Source: a virus (Duplodnaviria > Caudoviricetes). From it: a stretch of 64,000 nt of DNA. Shown piece after piece: positions 23,844-35,600 of the stretch. The stretch spans positions 3,188-67,187 of the IMG/VR virus record IMGVR_UViG_3300030372_003166; one strand, 5' to 3'. The translations under genes and the position numbers were made by a program. The notes below the pieces were generated by a model. That model searched no databases and had not been told where the DNA came from. It worked only from the letters and a program-made list of their open reading frames with translations. How positions within the stretch are numbered: position 1 is the stretch's first letter; each line of letters opens with the position of its first letter.

Positions 23844-24974
23844 CTAAAATATGACGTAATTTACGCCTAGTTTAAAATCATACCACTCTCTGTTCCAGTA
23901 CTTGTTGTATTTCCCCTCAACAAAATATCCAAGACTTTTGTTTACTTTAATTCCATATATTAAACCGCCTGAATAATCGTACCATTGTTCTCCGTCGTTA
24001 AAGTTGTGATATGAAAACTCACTACCATTATCATAATGATAAGGGAGTATGTTGCCCCAAGCATGCAGCCATCTATTTTTTTTATATTTATAATAGTCAA
24101 ATCCAATTATAACAGAATGCTGTATTTGTTTGGATAATTGATTTCTTTTTTTAATAGTATAGTCAGCTATGACTTGTGGTATTACTACTTCTTTCCAAAC
24201 CTCTGGACTGTTTGCAACTACATTCCCACCTGGATCCTTATACTCACTATTTGCAACATCAATATTATAACCTTCTTGAATCGCTAAGTAAGTGTAATGC
24301 AAATTTCCATTATCCAGAATCCATTCTTCTAGTGGGTCGTAGCCGTAGGGTTCTGCTAGTCTATGAGCAAGTCCTACGCTTATAGCTAGCTCTTTATTTC
24401 TTTTTATTCTATATCTTTCTGACAGTTCAAAATATTCTACATCTGCAAAACCGTCTTTTACATATTCAACTTTTGCTGCAAAATGATCTACACACAAAGG
24501 CCCATCGCAATCATCATCAGAACTATATCTAATAAAATGATGCTGATCTATATAGTCTACCCCTTGTTGTCTTGCATAATCTATCTCAAATAAATACTCA
24601 AATCCCTGTACCTTACCTACCGTTGCTGCATCTGTGTAATTAGATTCGGTACCATCATAAAATGTGTTTGCTTTGTTTTCGTATCCGAACCTAGCTATTT
24701 TTCTGATACCTACAGTTAACGAATAATCATAAGGGGTTGAAATAATATTTTCTTGCAACTGACCAGATGTAACAGAAAATGTTTTAAAATCAGAAACAGA
24801 GGTTCCTCCATTAACCGCAGCATACACTGTAGAAAATTTTAAATGTTTTTTTAGTGCTTTTTCAAAATCATACTCTTTGATAAGGGTAACATAATCTATT
24901 TGCCCACAGCACTCCTTTGGTGCTGCGCAAGACATCAAAAATAAAAACAGTATAAATAGCATTGTGTTTCTCAT
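23844..24974 (-). CDS. exported, probably outer-membrane beta-barrel protein with lipoprotein-like leader
   Basis: MRNTMLFILFLFLMSC leader; amphipathic strands; C-terminal FKLGVNYVIF with terminal Phe. Confidence 0.65.
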   Translation of the reverse strand: MRNTMLFILFLFLMSCAAPKECCGQIDYVTLIKEYDFEKALKKHLKFSTVYAAVNGGTSVSDFKTFSVTSGQLQENIISTPYDYSLTVGIRKIARFGYENKANTFYDGTESNYTDAATVGKVQGFEYLFEIDYARQQGVDYIDQHHFIRYSSDDDCDGPLCVDHFAAKVEYVKDGFADVEYFELSERYRIKRNKELAISVGLAHRLAEPYGYDPLEEWILDNGNLHYTYLAIQEGYNIDVANSEYKDPGGNVVANSPEVWKEVVIPQVIADYTIKKRNQLSKQIQHSVIIGFDYYKYKKNRWLHAWGNILPYHYDNGSEFSYHNFNDGEQWYDYSGGLIYGIKVNKSLGYFVEGKYNKYWNREWYDFKLGVNYVIF

Positions 24975-25702
24975 GATATACTAAATTTTTCTTTTAAATA
25001 TGCGTGCATACGTGTTAATTGATTGGCGGTAAATATATCAGAATAAAACAAAAGCTCTAATATAGTCCCGTCTAAAAACCTATCACTATCATTTCTAGAA
25101 CCAATATTTTGAAAATCAAATCCTTTATTGTTTTCTGCATTTGTTGACGATGAGTTTTGTACAACTGTAGTGCCGTCAACAAACCATTGAAAAACACCAT
25201 CTGCGTCTCTTATAAATGAAACTATCATAGGGTCTGTAGTGAATACATCACTATCTGATCTTAACACCGTTGTTACGTTTGAAGGATTGTTTCCCTTAAA
25301 TCTAATTGAGTTAGCTCTTAAAATTTCTATAAATTCATTATTACTATCTGACAATATCGCTTCGTTTGTTAATTCGTCTAATCTTGTTACAACAAATAAT
25401 GAAAACGCTCCACCTTCTAGAATTGCAATTGAGGAATCTAAATCTAAAAACTGATTTCCAATTCCTGGCATTGATTGATCAAAATTTAATCCACCCGAGC
25501 TAACGTTAGGGCGATTAGCCTCAGTTGTTTGTGTAGCGTCATTTCCATTACCAGAGGAGTCTAACCAAGCGCTTCCATCTGCGCTTAAACCAACATTATT
25601 CTGCAACCATAATGCAAGTTTTGTTCCTATTATTTCATCTTTAGGAGTCCAATCAGTTGGAGTTTCTAGTAGCTCATTTGTTATTCCTAATCCTAATGAC
25701 AT
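24971..25702 (-). CDS. LamG/ConA-like lectin-fold virion protein
   Basis: LALWL...WLDSSGNGNDATQ...FDQ...FSLFVV...IGSR...LDGTILELLFY pattern. Confidence 0.8.
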   Translation of the reverse strand: MSLGLGITNELLETPTDWTPKDEIIGTKLALWLQNNVGLSADGSAWLDSSGNGNDATQTTEANRPNVSSGGLNFDQSMPGIGNQFLDLDSSIAILEGGAFSLFVVTRLDELTNEAILSDSNNEFIEILRANSIRFKGNNPSNVTTVLRSDSDVFTTDPMIVSFIRDADGVFQWFVDGTTVVQNSSSTNAENNKGFDFQNIGSRNDSDRFLDGTILELLFYSDIFTANQLTRMHAYLKEKFSIS

Positions 25703-25861
25703 TTACCAGTTTTTTGGATTTAAATAATATAAAAAGTTTTTCTTCTTAGGTTTAAATTTTTCATAAAGCACATTGTCTTTTACAATATACTTTGGTTTTT
25801 CTTCTATAGATTTTTTGTAAACCCTTGGATTGCGAGTTGCAAGTTTTTGTATAAATCCCAT
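25703..25861 (-). CDS. small basic protein (52 aa, below track cutoff)
   Basis: MGFIQKLATRNPRV...LNPKNW; fills the gap exactly. Confidence 0.55.
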   Translation of the reverse strand: MGFIQKLATRNPRVYKKSIEEKPKYIVKDNVLYEKFKPKKKNFLYYLNPKNW

Positions 25862-25862
25862 T

Positions 25863-26213
25863 TTAGATTCCTGTTTTAGGAACCAAGTATAATATTACTC
25901 CTCCGTCACTATCTGCAGTTTGTAATTTAGCAGTGTCCCACCTTCCATATATAGTTGTTCCTGCTGTAAAAACAGCTGTATTGTCTAATTGACAACCATT
26001 TGTTCCTTCCTGTACAGTGCCCGAATTATGTGCTGCATTTGCTGTATTAAAATATCTTCTGTTTCCAGCGCTAGTATCAGAGGCCGTTAAGGTGTTAAGA
26101 GTATTGTTAGCTATAAAATGTATAGCCCCTATAACCATTCCGTCTGGTGCAGTAAATAAATTTGTAGTGTCTACATAAACAGACCCGTATTTTCCTAAAT
26201 CAAAATTATCCAT
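25863..26213 (-). CDS. small virion protein (paralogue family B)
   Basis: GKYGSVY...FTAGTTIYGRWD...VILYL. Confidence 0.7.
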   Translation of the reverse strand: MDNFDLGKYGSVYVDTTNLFTAPDGMVIGAIHFIANNTLNTLTASDTSAGNRRYFNTANAAHNSGTVQEGTNGCQLDNTAVFTAGTTIYGRWDTAKLQTADSDGGVILYLVPKTGI

Positions 26214-26232
26214 AGTTTTTTATTTTAAATTA

Positions 26233-26607
26233 TTAATATCCTACTGGCGCTAAATAACATATACAAGAGCCGCTATTTAACTCAACATGATCCCACTTTC
26301 CATATATAGTAACTCCTTTTGGAAATTCATGTGTAGTTAATATTCTTTCTGCATCTGTTGATGTGCTTTCATTTGTTACTGCTCCAAACTCCGTTCCTAT
26401 ATCTATTTGATCTGTTTCTGTTGATATAGAATTTATTAAGTTGTCTAAAGTTTGTAACTCTTGAAAAGTCACTACGTCTAGCATTGTAATAGCAATTACA
26501 AATCTGTTTGCAGTAGCGCCGTCTAAATCTAATTTTGCCCCATCTCCTGTTAAATAAACAGAACCAAATTGACCAAAAGATGCTTTAAACAAATCATTTA
26601 TGTTCAT
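26233..26607 (-). CDS. small virion protein (paralogue family B)
   Basis: GQFGSVY...FPKGVTIYGKWD...CICYL; TATATTTG upstream at 26622-26629. Confidence 0.7.
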   Translation of the reverse strand: MNINDLFKASFGQFGSVYLTGDGAKLDLDGATANRFVIAITMLDVVTFQELQTLDNLINSISTETDQIDIGTEFGAVTNESTSTDAERILTTHEFPKGVTIYGKWDHVELNSGSCICYLAPVGY

Positions 26608-26640
26608 ACCTTAAATTTTTACAAATATAGTGAAATTTAA

Positions 26641-29600
26641 TTACCTAATTAACGAACTAGTTTCCTTTTTGTTAGAATTGTCGTCACCCAATATGTTCAT
26701 CAAATCTTTTCTAGCTTCTGCAAATGGAGATATTTCATACTTAAAAGTCTTTCCAGCCTGTGATTCTCCACGTTTCGCATACGGACCTGTTCTTTTAACT
26801 CTGTCCTCACTTACAGACTCTTGTATAGCTTTTGCTGCATTTTTCATTGTACCGTATGAAGAAGGGACTGCTGTGTAATTTACAAATCTTCTTATGTCAG
26901 TTGTAATAAATACATCGTGTGACAATTTTTTAAGCCTTCTAATTGCAAATGTATCAGGTTCGTCATCGTCTTCCATCATAGCAATTAAAGACAGCAAGGT
27001 TACTCCTATACCAATACCAGAAACATGATTTCGCATTTCTTGTTTTCTTTTTTCGCTAGAATTATTATATATTTCTTTTATTTTATCTTTTGTTAATTCA
27101 CCTGCAAAATACTTCCTAAACAAATCTGTTACAAACTCAGAACTTGCCCTATAGCTACCTATGTTTACTTCTCCAAACCTATCTATATCTTCGGCCTTAA
27201 ACCTATCATTAATTAAAGTTATAAACCATTTTTTAAATTGCAGCAATGCTCTACCATATGAATACATAGAAAGTAAACTAGCGTCTAACGCAGTATAACC
27301 CTCTCCGTGCAAAGTTGTTATTTTATTGTTTATATACATAACTCTGTCCTCACTTATAACTCCTGTGTTATACTCTTTGTCAGTAAGCATACCTAAGAAA
27401 GAAGCCCCTTGTATGTATGCTTCAGATTTATCCATAAACAAATAAGAAAATCTTTCTAACCTTCCTAAAGGTCCTGACTTTTCAGACAAATGTATAAATT
27501 CATCAAAACTGTATTCTACTATTCTGTGTTTCTTTAATATATCTCTAGAGCGTAACATATCTTTCCAATACCTAGCCTCACCTTTAATAAACTGTTTACC
27601 ACCACGCTTACGTAGTTCCTGATATTTACCTGCTAGAATATTACCTAAACCTACACTCATGTTAAAACCTAGAAGACGTAAAGATGTAAGCCTAACAAAA
27701 GAGTCTATAACCTTATCTCCTGTTTTTCCCAGTGCACTAGTTTGCTGCTTCTTTTCTAAAAATCCTTCCTTCCACCATTCAGTAAGATATTTTACAGCGT
27801 TCTTATTGTCTAAGTCTTTGTTAAATCCAATTATAGAATCAGTTAATATTGCAACTTTATCCATTCCTGTAAAACGATCGTCTCTTTCGCTTATTTTGCC
27901 ATCTTTCATTTGATACCTACCCTCACCATGTCTAAATATATGACCTCTTGTAAATTCTAGCAATGTTGTATTTATATCATACGATATGTTTTGAGCTTTT
28001 ACACCCTTTCTTCTTTCGTATTCTTTTATTAATTCAGCATCTATGTTGCTAGTTTTATCGTAGCCCACCATTCTTTTTAACAATGATCCGTTATTTACAA
28101 GTGCATCATATTCTGTATCTGAAAGCAAAATAGGAGTTTTATCCTCATGCATTCCTTGCTGCTTAAAACTCTTAGCTTTTCTCCTAAGTTTGTCTAGTTC
28201 ATATATTTCTTTACCTGACTTTAATCTAAGCTTGCCTGTTCTACCTTTGTAAACATCATACTTCCATTCATAATAAGTTTTTATTACTTTATTGCCGTCT
28301 AAGTCTGTTCCACGAACTCTTACCTTATAATAATCATTAGAGTCAATAGCGGCATTATAAAGACCAAACAACCCGCTTCTTGCCATGTTTTCTATTGTAC
28401 CCATCTGCAATCCAGGGATTACTGTTTTGCCTTCTTCTGATCCTAAAAGTATTTCTGCAACAGCTTTGTATCTAATGTAATATTCTTTTTCTTCCTTAGT
28501 TAACTCTACACCATTAGCCACTATTTCTTCAGGCGTATACAGTCTAACGTTTCCATTTTCTACTGTAGCTAAATTACCATATATATATTGGTAACGAGCA
28601 TTTGTGTCAAACTCTTTTCTTATTCTTTCTAATACAGAAAGGTCTTTCATTTTAGACCTAACCAGCGCTCTATTTTTTTCTTCAATTAAGTTTTTGTGTT
28701 CTTTAAAACTTTTTATATACTTTCTATAGTCTTTTTGCGCTTCATTAATTAAGTATTGTATTTCTGGTCTTTTAGATGTCATGTTGTTAGAACCAAGCCA
28801 TGCTTGAAAATTAGTTAGATCATCTTGCGCCACACCATCAACACCAGGTATCTTATAATTATAGCCCTGATCTTTTCCTGCTTCTTTTAAAAACTGAGAT
28901 TGTTTTCTAAACGCTCTTTGTCCTATTTCTTTTTCTAACATATGCGCCACACCCTTTGTAGCCGAGTTGTCCATTTTTCTAAACCTTCTAGCTTCTGTAT
29001 ACAAGCCCTCCATAGTGTATTTACTCAAAGGTTTTTTGGCTAGACTAGACTCAAACTCTTTTGCTAGCTTAAGGTGATTTTTGTATTTACTATAATTTTC
29101 TGTAAGTATTTTAAAAGTATTAGACTTTTTTTCTATCTTGTCTATGTCTATACCTTTGTCTGCAGCCCAATTACGAAAAGACAAAGTCTCAACTCCACCT
29201 GCTAAATAGTCACCATTAAAAGAAGTGTCAGGAGTTATTACTTTTTTTGGTTTTTTAATATCGCCTATAATTATATTATTATTATCTTTAGATGCTTTGT
29301 CTCTTCTTTGGCTAGCGGTAAATTTGTCTTTACCTGCCTTACGATCTTCTACATCTTTTATAGCGTCTAATAACTCTCCTGGTACAGGGCTTCTATCTAA
29401 ATCTATTTTGTAGTCTTTTTCATTATGCTTTATAACTTTAAGCATGCCGTCGTTTATTTTTTGCACATATTCATTATCAAAAAACGGAACAAATGAAGTA
29501 GCCTTGCCTGCTCCTCCCGTATACCCAAACAAATTAAACATGTATTCTATTTCAAACAATAAGTCTTTTTCTGTAGAATTTAATTTAGAAAATTCGTTTT

Positions 29601-32600
29601 TAATTTCACTAATACTTTTGTATGATGTAAATTCCGTTATTGCCTGCCTGTTAATAACTATGTTCTTTTTGTTTTCAGAAACTTGCAACACATTTTTTAA
29701 AAGCATGTTGTCTTTATTTTTCTCTAATTTTTTTATTGCTTCAAACTCTTTAATTAACACATCTTTACCTCTATTGTCTTTTATAAGACCAATTTGATTT
29801 TTTATGTTATTTGCAATTACTTGGTTTATTACTTCAGACTTTGACTCTCCTAATTTTTGTAGTGACTTTTGAGCCATAGGATTTTCTAGTATATCTTTTA
29901 TATAGTTTGAATACCTTATATCAGCTATATTAGCCCTGTCTAGTACGGCATCAAAAAGCGTAGTTGCGTGGTCTAATATAAAATTACTTTTGGTTTCTTG
30001 CTGTAATTCATACGTAAGTGATTGCTTGCCCCATTTAGTAATTAGATTTAACGGGCCCTTAACTATTTCCTTTATTTTATTATTTATTTTAGAAAGCTCT
30101 AAAGGGTTTTTTTCAATAGTTTGGTGTACCGTGAAAGCCTTTGAAAACGGTTTAACTATATTTTTATTATAACTATCTAGTATGTATATTAATTCTAGTA
30201 TTTTTTTCTGCTGTTCTTTACTCTTTATATTAGTTAAATCTATTTTTATCTTTTTGTTTTTTATAGTTGAACTTAAATCTATTCCAAGTTTTTCGTCTTT
30301 AATAAAAGTTAAAAATTGATTTTCAAATTGATCGTTTTTATCGTCAAACATTTGCATTATATCACTATCCTTAGAAATATAATTTTGACTTCTTCCTCTT
30401 TTATATTCTAAATATTGTTTGACTAATGGTGAGTTAAACATTAAAGCTATATCTTCTAAAGAATACCCTAGTCTTCGCAGAGTTACAAAAGAAAATATAC
30501 TTTCAAAATTCATTCCTAGCTTACTAGCATACTGAAACTTTGCATTATCTAAAGATATATTAAGTAGTTGCGCAACCCCATACCAATTACCTACTTTGTT
30601 TTCTAATTCAGCATCATCAAAAAATCTGTCTCTTTCTACCGTGCCTTTATCGTTTTTTATAGATATTGATACGGGTAGCCTGTCTTGACTATTAGAAAAT
30701 AAATTAAAGGTTCTCATTAAAGCCGCTATTATACCAACTAATTTTTTTGCTGGCACATTATCTTCAAACATTTGCGCGTCTCCCATAGGGGTGAGTTGTG
30801 AAGGCTTGTCTTTTTTTATTTTACCGAAAACTTTTTCTACGTTTTCTATCGCTTGCTTTGACACATCTTGAAAATCTATATCGGCAGTTATTTCTCTTTG
30901 CCTATTTTCTTGACTAACCAAATCTACATATAAATCAAAAAACTCATTTGATTGACCCTTCCATGAATCTTTTTTAACTTCTTCTTGCGTATATCTAAAA
31001 TTCATATGTATACTGTCTCCATCTAAGTCAGCACCCCAATATTTACTCACCCATGCAGGTATAGTTATATTTGACGTAGGCGTTCCCTTTATTTGTTTGT
31101 GGAAGTCTTTTACTATAAAAACAGAACTACTTACCTTTCCGTGAGCAGGAACTCTTGTTCCAATAAATAGATCACCAATTCTAACGCCTTGATCATATAA
31201 ATATCCAGGAACTATTGCTTCAGAAACAACTATATCTTCATTTTTAGCAAGAGACACATCTATAGAAGATTTAAGAGGCTCGCCTTTATATAGACCTTTT
31301 TGATATGATTTCAAATCCATTCCTATACTAGAAGACTGATAGCCTATAGATCCTTTAATATACATTTTAGTTCCTTTGTGTGTAATACGACCAGTGGCTA
31401 CAGCATTATGAACTGCATTTAAATAAGGAAACATAGGGTGTAAATTGTCATAAGAACTTTCTATTAACACATCATATATATCTGCCGTTACAGAAGACTT
31501 AAAATTTTCCCTCTCTACCAGCACATCTTTATTTTCACTTACACCTATAATAGAACCGTTTCTATTTTTGTTGTTTGTTTCCATTACTAGCTTTCTTAAC
31601 TCAAGCATCCTAGCAACTTGTTTTTTATTTTCTGTTGTAATATTAGTTAGAAGGTTGTAGAATAATTGAGAAGGAAAAAACCTTTCATCTGTTTGTTTGT
31701 CTAGCTCAAGCTGTATACCAAATCCTTCTCCTGACAATCCTTTATATCCAGTTTCATCTGTATATATTTCATCTTGCTTTTCCATCATATCCCCTATATT
31801 ATCCGTAGAAGCTATATCATGTATATACCGCTGTTCTCCTGCGTATAGTTTAGCCGCTGATTGTGAGGCTCCTATAACTAGATTTCCTTTATTTTTTGAC
31901 ATAGCCTCCACTTCAAAAGTTCTGGCTCTTAAGGCGTCTCCTAAGTTTTTTAAATATAAGCTTGACGCTTCCATTTCTGGTGTTAGAGTGTGAACAGCAA
32001 ACTTCATATATGTAGTCCTGTCTTTTAATGGTCCTTCTAGCTCAGTATAATGATATACAAACTTAAACACATTACCTACCTTTTGAGCATCACCATACTT
32101 AGCTGTTATTAATTCTGCTTGTTCTGGCAAAACATATCCCATTGCGTCGTTTTCTACAGCCACCTCATTTTCCCAATTTTCGCCAAATCTATCTTTAGCC
32201 TCTTCTTCTGTAAAAACACGCTTACCATCCTCTGCAACATAGTCATCTTTTGCCACGTAGTAATCATTAGTTACAAAAAATTCTACAGATGTATTTCTGT
32301 CTAAAACTGTGTGTCCCGCTATTGCTCCAGCCGCACGCTTTATGTAATCTATTTCGTTTTTTGACTGCCTGTGATCATGTACGAATAATTGTTGTGCCAT
32401 AAACTTGTTGGCTGCGCTTGATATTAAAAAAGCCTCCAAAACCTTTCTGCTAAGCTTTCCTTTATTTAAAATCTTGTTTAGGTCTTTGTTGTTTTTGAAC
32501 AGCTCTTTATTTTTTTGAATATAGTCATACCATTCATTAACCAGCTTGTTCATGTCTTTTCCAACTATATTATTATTTTCAATAGTAAAAGGAAAAACTA

Positions 32601-35600
32601 AATCTCCGTTTTTGTATGTGCCTCGCTTACCATTTGATTTGTATGCTGGATTTTTTTCTACTCTTGACAATAATGCCTTTCTGCTTTTAGCATCGTGAGC
32701 AATAATGCTTTCTATGTAATACCTTCTGCTTTTATCAGAAAACACAGCGATAGGCTGGTCATAATAAATTGTTTTTTGGTTGTTTTCTTTACCCTGATTG
32801 TATCTAGACAAAAACATAAAGAAGTCTCCTACTGTTAACTCATTAGGATTCAAGTCATTTGCTTTTCTAGCTAACCCTTCTTTGTTTTTTAAACCATATG
32901 CATTTTGCACAAAATACCTTTTCATTCCATTGTGTAGCGTTATATTAAATGGGTTTAGGTTATTTCTCCCTTCTTCTTTACCCTGAAGCTGTGCTATTGC
33001 TACAAAAATGTTATGTTCAGGATTAATTAAATCTTTTTTACCAAAAGTTATGCCGCTATTAGCAATATCAAAAACATTTTTAGTTCTACTCCACAATCCA
33101 TTGTCTTTGTTTAAAACACTAACACCGTCCTGCTCTACATTATCCACCATAGTAATATAGTTTTCTGCCCTAGACATAACTAAAGCTTGTGTTACTATGT
33201 CTTTTATTTCTATTTGGCTTCCACGAAAAATTCCTTCAGGTTTAAAACCATTTGAATTATGGGTAAATTTGTTTTCTTTAGAGCTAAATACTGTAAATAA
33301 ATTTTCATTTGTAAGCTTGTATATAGGCTTTCTTCTGTATTTAGTTTTGCCATCAACCACATACGACCTTTGTAACTTGTAGTCAAATAAAATGTTTTGT
33401 ATAAATTGTTTTTTTCCTCTGAATGTAATTTGATTATTTAACAACAACTCCTTGTTAATAAACTCTCCGTTTTCTACATCAAAAAGTTCAGTTAATATTT
33501 TTTCTGCAGCTACTCCAGCATCATATTCATTATTGATTAAATGCCTATTGTATATTTCTGCAATTCTTTTTTCTTTTTCTACGTTATTAAAAAGGCCTTT
33601 TACTATACTGTCTATTACCTTTTTCTCTATAGTCATGCTAGTAGACAGATTTCTATACCATGCTCTTTGTCCATTATCCCCTATACTTAATACGTTGTGA
33701 GCTAAAACTTCTATGTTTATTCCTTCTATAGGTCCTTTTAACTCTACAAGCTTTGCATTAGTGTATCTTTTTGGATTTTCTATTCCCTCTACTTGTGAAT
33801 ATATTTCGTCCATTGTTAAAACCATTGCCTGCATGTCAGGGTTTTTTGATTCTCTTATTTGTATTACAAAATCATAAGGGTTGTTTTTTGTGTCTTTTGC
33901 TAAAGACATGATGGCAGATAGTATTTTTTTGCTGTCTATCATGCTTTTTTCGTCCTTATCTCTATTGTAATATTCTACGATTTTCTTTATAAAATTAGTC
34001 GTGGTTGTAGGCAAAACTCTTAATTTCTCCTCTTCTCTTTTGTAGTCTTCAGATATAACATCTACATTATCACCTTCTTTATGTTTACCTGTTAATCCCA
34101 TTTGCGACAGCTTAGCGTCTAGTATCTTGTCTGCTTGAGCAAGATTATTTTTATCTTTACGTTGTATTATTACAGAGTATACATATGGCTCTATATCTTT
34201 TATTATTTTATTACTTCTTTTCATTCCCGAATCATCAGCTATAGCTTGAACCACTCTTTCTGTAATTTCTTCAGAAGATAAGTTACGATCCATAAACTCT
34301 GCTATATATGAAGAGACAGACGAATAAGAAGCGGTTTTACTTAATATTTTTTTATTTGCTTTGTTTATTGCGCCATAAGCTGAATTTAAGACAAAAGGAA
34401 CCGTTCTGTCTGCAGAATCAAAGTTTAGCAATATAGTTTTGATAGCGGCTTCTAAATCTAAATCAGCTATATTGTCAACAGCTGAGTCTAACAGTTTTCT
34501 TGCCTCTTCTTCTGTAGCTAAGTTTTTTACTTCTTTATAAAACTGTATTAAATCTTTTTCTAATTGTTTTTGCGCAGCAGTGCCTTTTATTACAGCGTCT
34601 ACGGTTCCGTAAGAATAAGCCTCTAATGTTCTAGCAAAAGTTTCTTCTAATAAATGCGTTTGCTGTTTTGCCGCCACATCTTTACCGCCATTTATTTTTA
34701 TTTGTGTTCTTAAGCTTTGAAACAGGTCGTTTACTCTAGCACTGTCTTGTGCTTTTTCTGCCTCAGCTATATTCTTTACAATATCTCTTATGTCAGTAAA
34801 AGAATCATATTTTTTATCTGTATTTTTAAATATTTCTCTGTAAATTAAACCAAGCGTCATGTTCAAGCCTTCAAACTTCATTAATATAAGTTCAGGGTAG
34901 TCTTGCTTTGTTCTTTGATATATTTCTGATTTAGGTAAAAGTTTATTTATTTTTTTCATTAATGGGGTGTCTCCCATCAGGGTATAATAAATGTGTCCTG
35001 CTTCGTGTATTATATCAGATTGAAATACAGAGTCTTCATTAATTAATATTGTAGATCCTATAGCTAATGAAGAAGCTTCTTGACCATAGTCGTCTATTAA
35101 TTTATTAAACGCAACAAAACCTCTGGCTCCAGGAAACTTTTTTTCTACTATGTTTCTTACCATCTGCGCCTCACCTACACCAGAGCCGTAACGATATAAA
35201 GGATGTGCTTCAACACCTGTAGCCTTGTAATTAGGTATTTCTTTTTGCGTTTTAGATAAATATGATTTTATTTTTTCCTTTGCTTGTTTTACAGCGCCTA
35301 TTAATTGGTCTATTTTACGCTGGTCTTTTTTCTTTGCTTTTTTTGTTGGTTTTTTCTTTTCTGTTGTTTGTGAAACTTCTTGTTCTTTAAAAAATTCATC
35401 TGTTGCTTGTTCTACCTCACCTATAACTTTTCCGTCAACCACAACTTCAATCTTGCTTTCATATAATGGTGCGCCCTTTTTGTATTGAAAATATAATTTT
35501 CCATTTACCTCAACAACATCTGCCTTGCCAGCAACTGGTTCAACTAATCTTAATACAACATCACTTACAGTTTTAGTGTAAGATCTTATATCTACATTTC

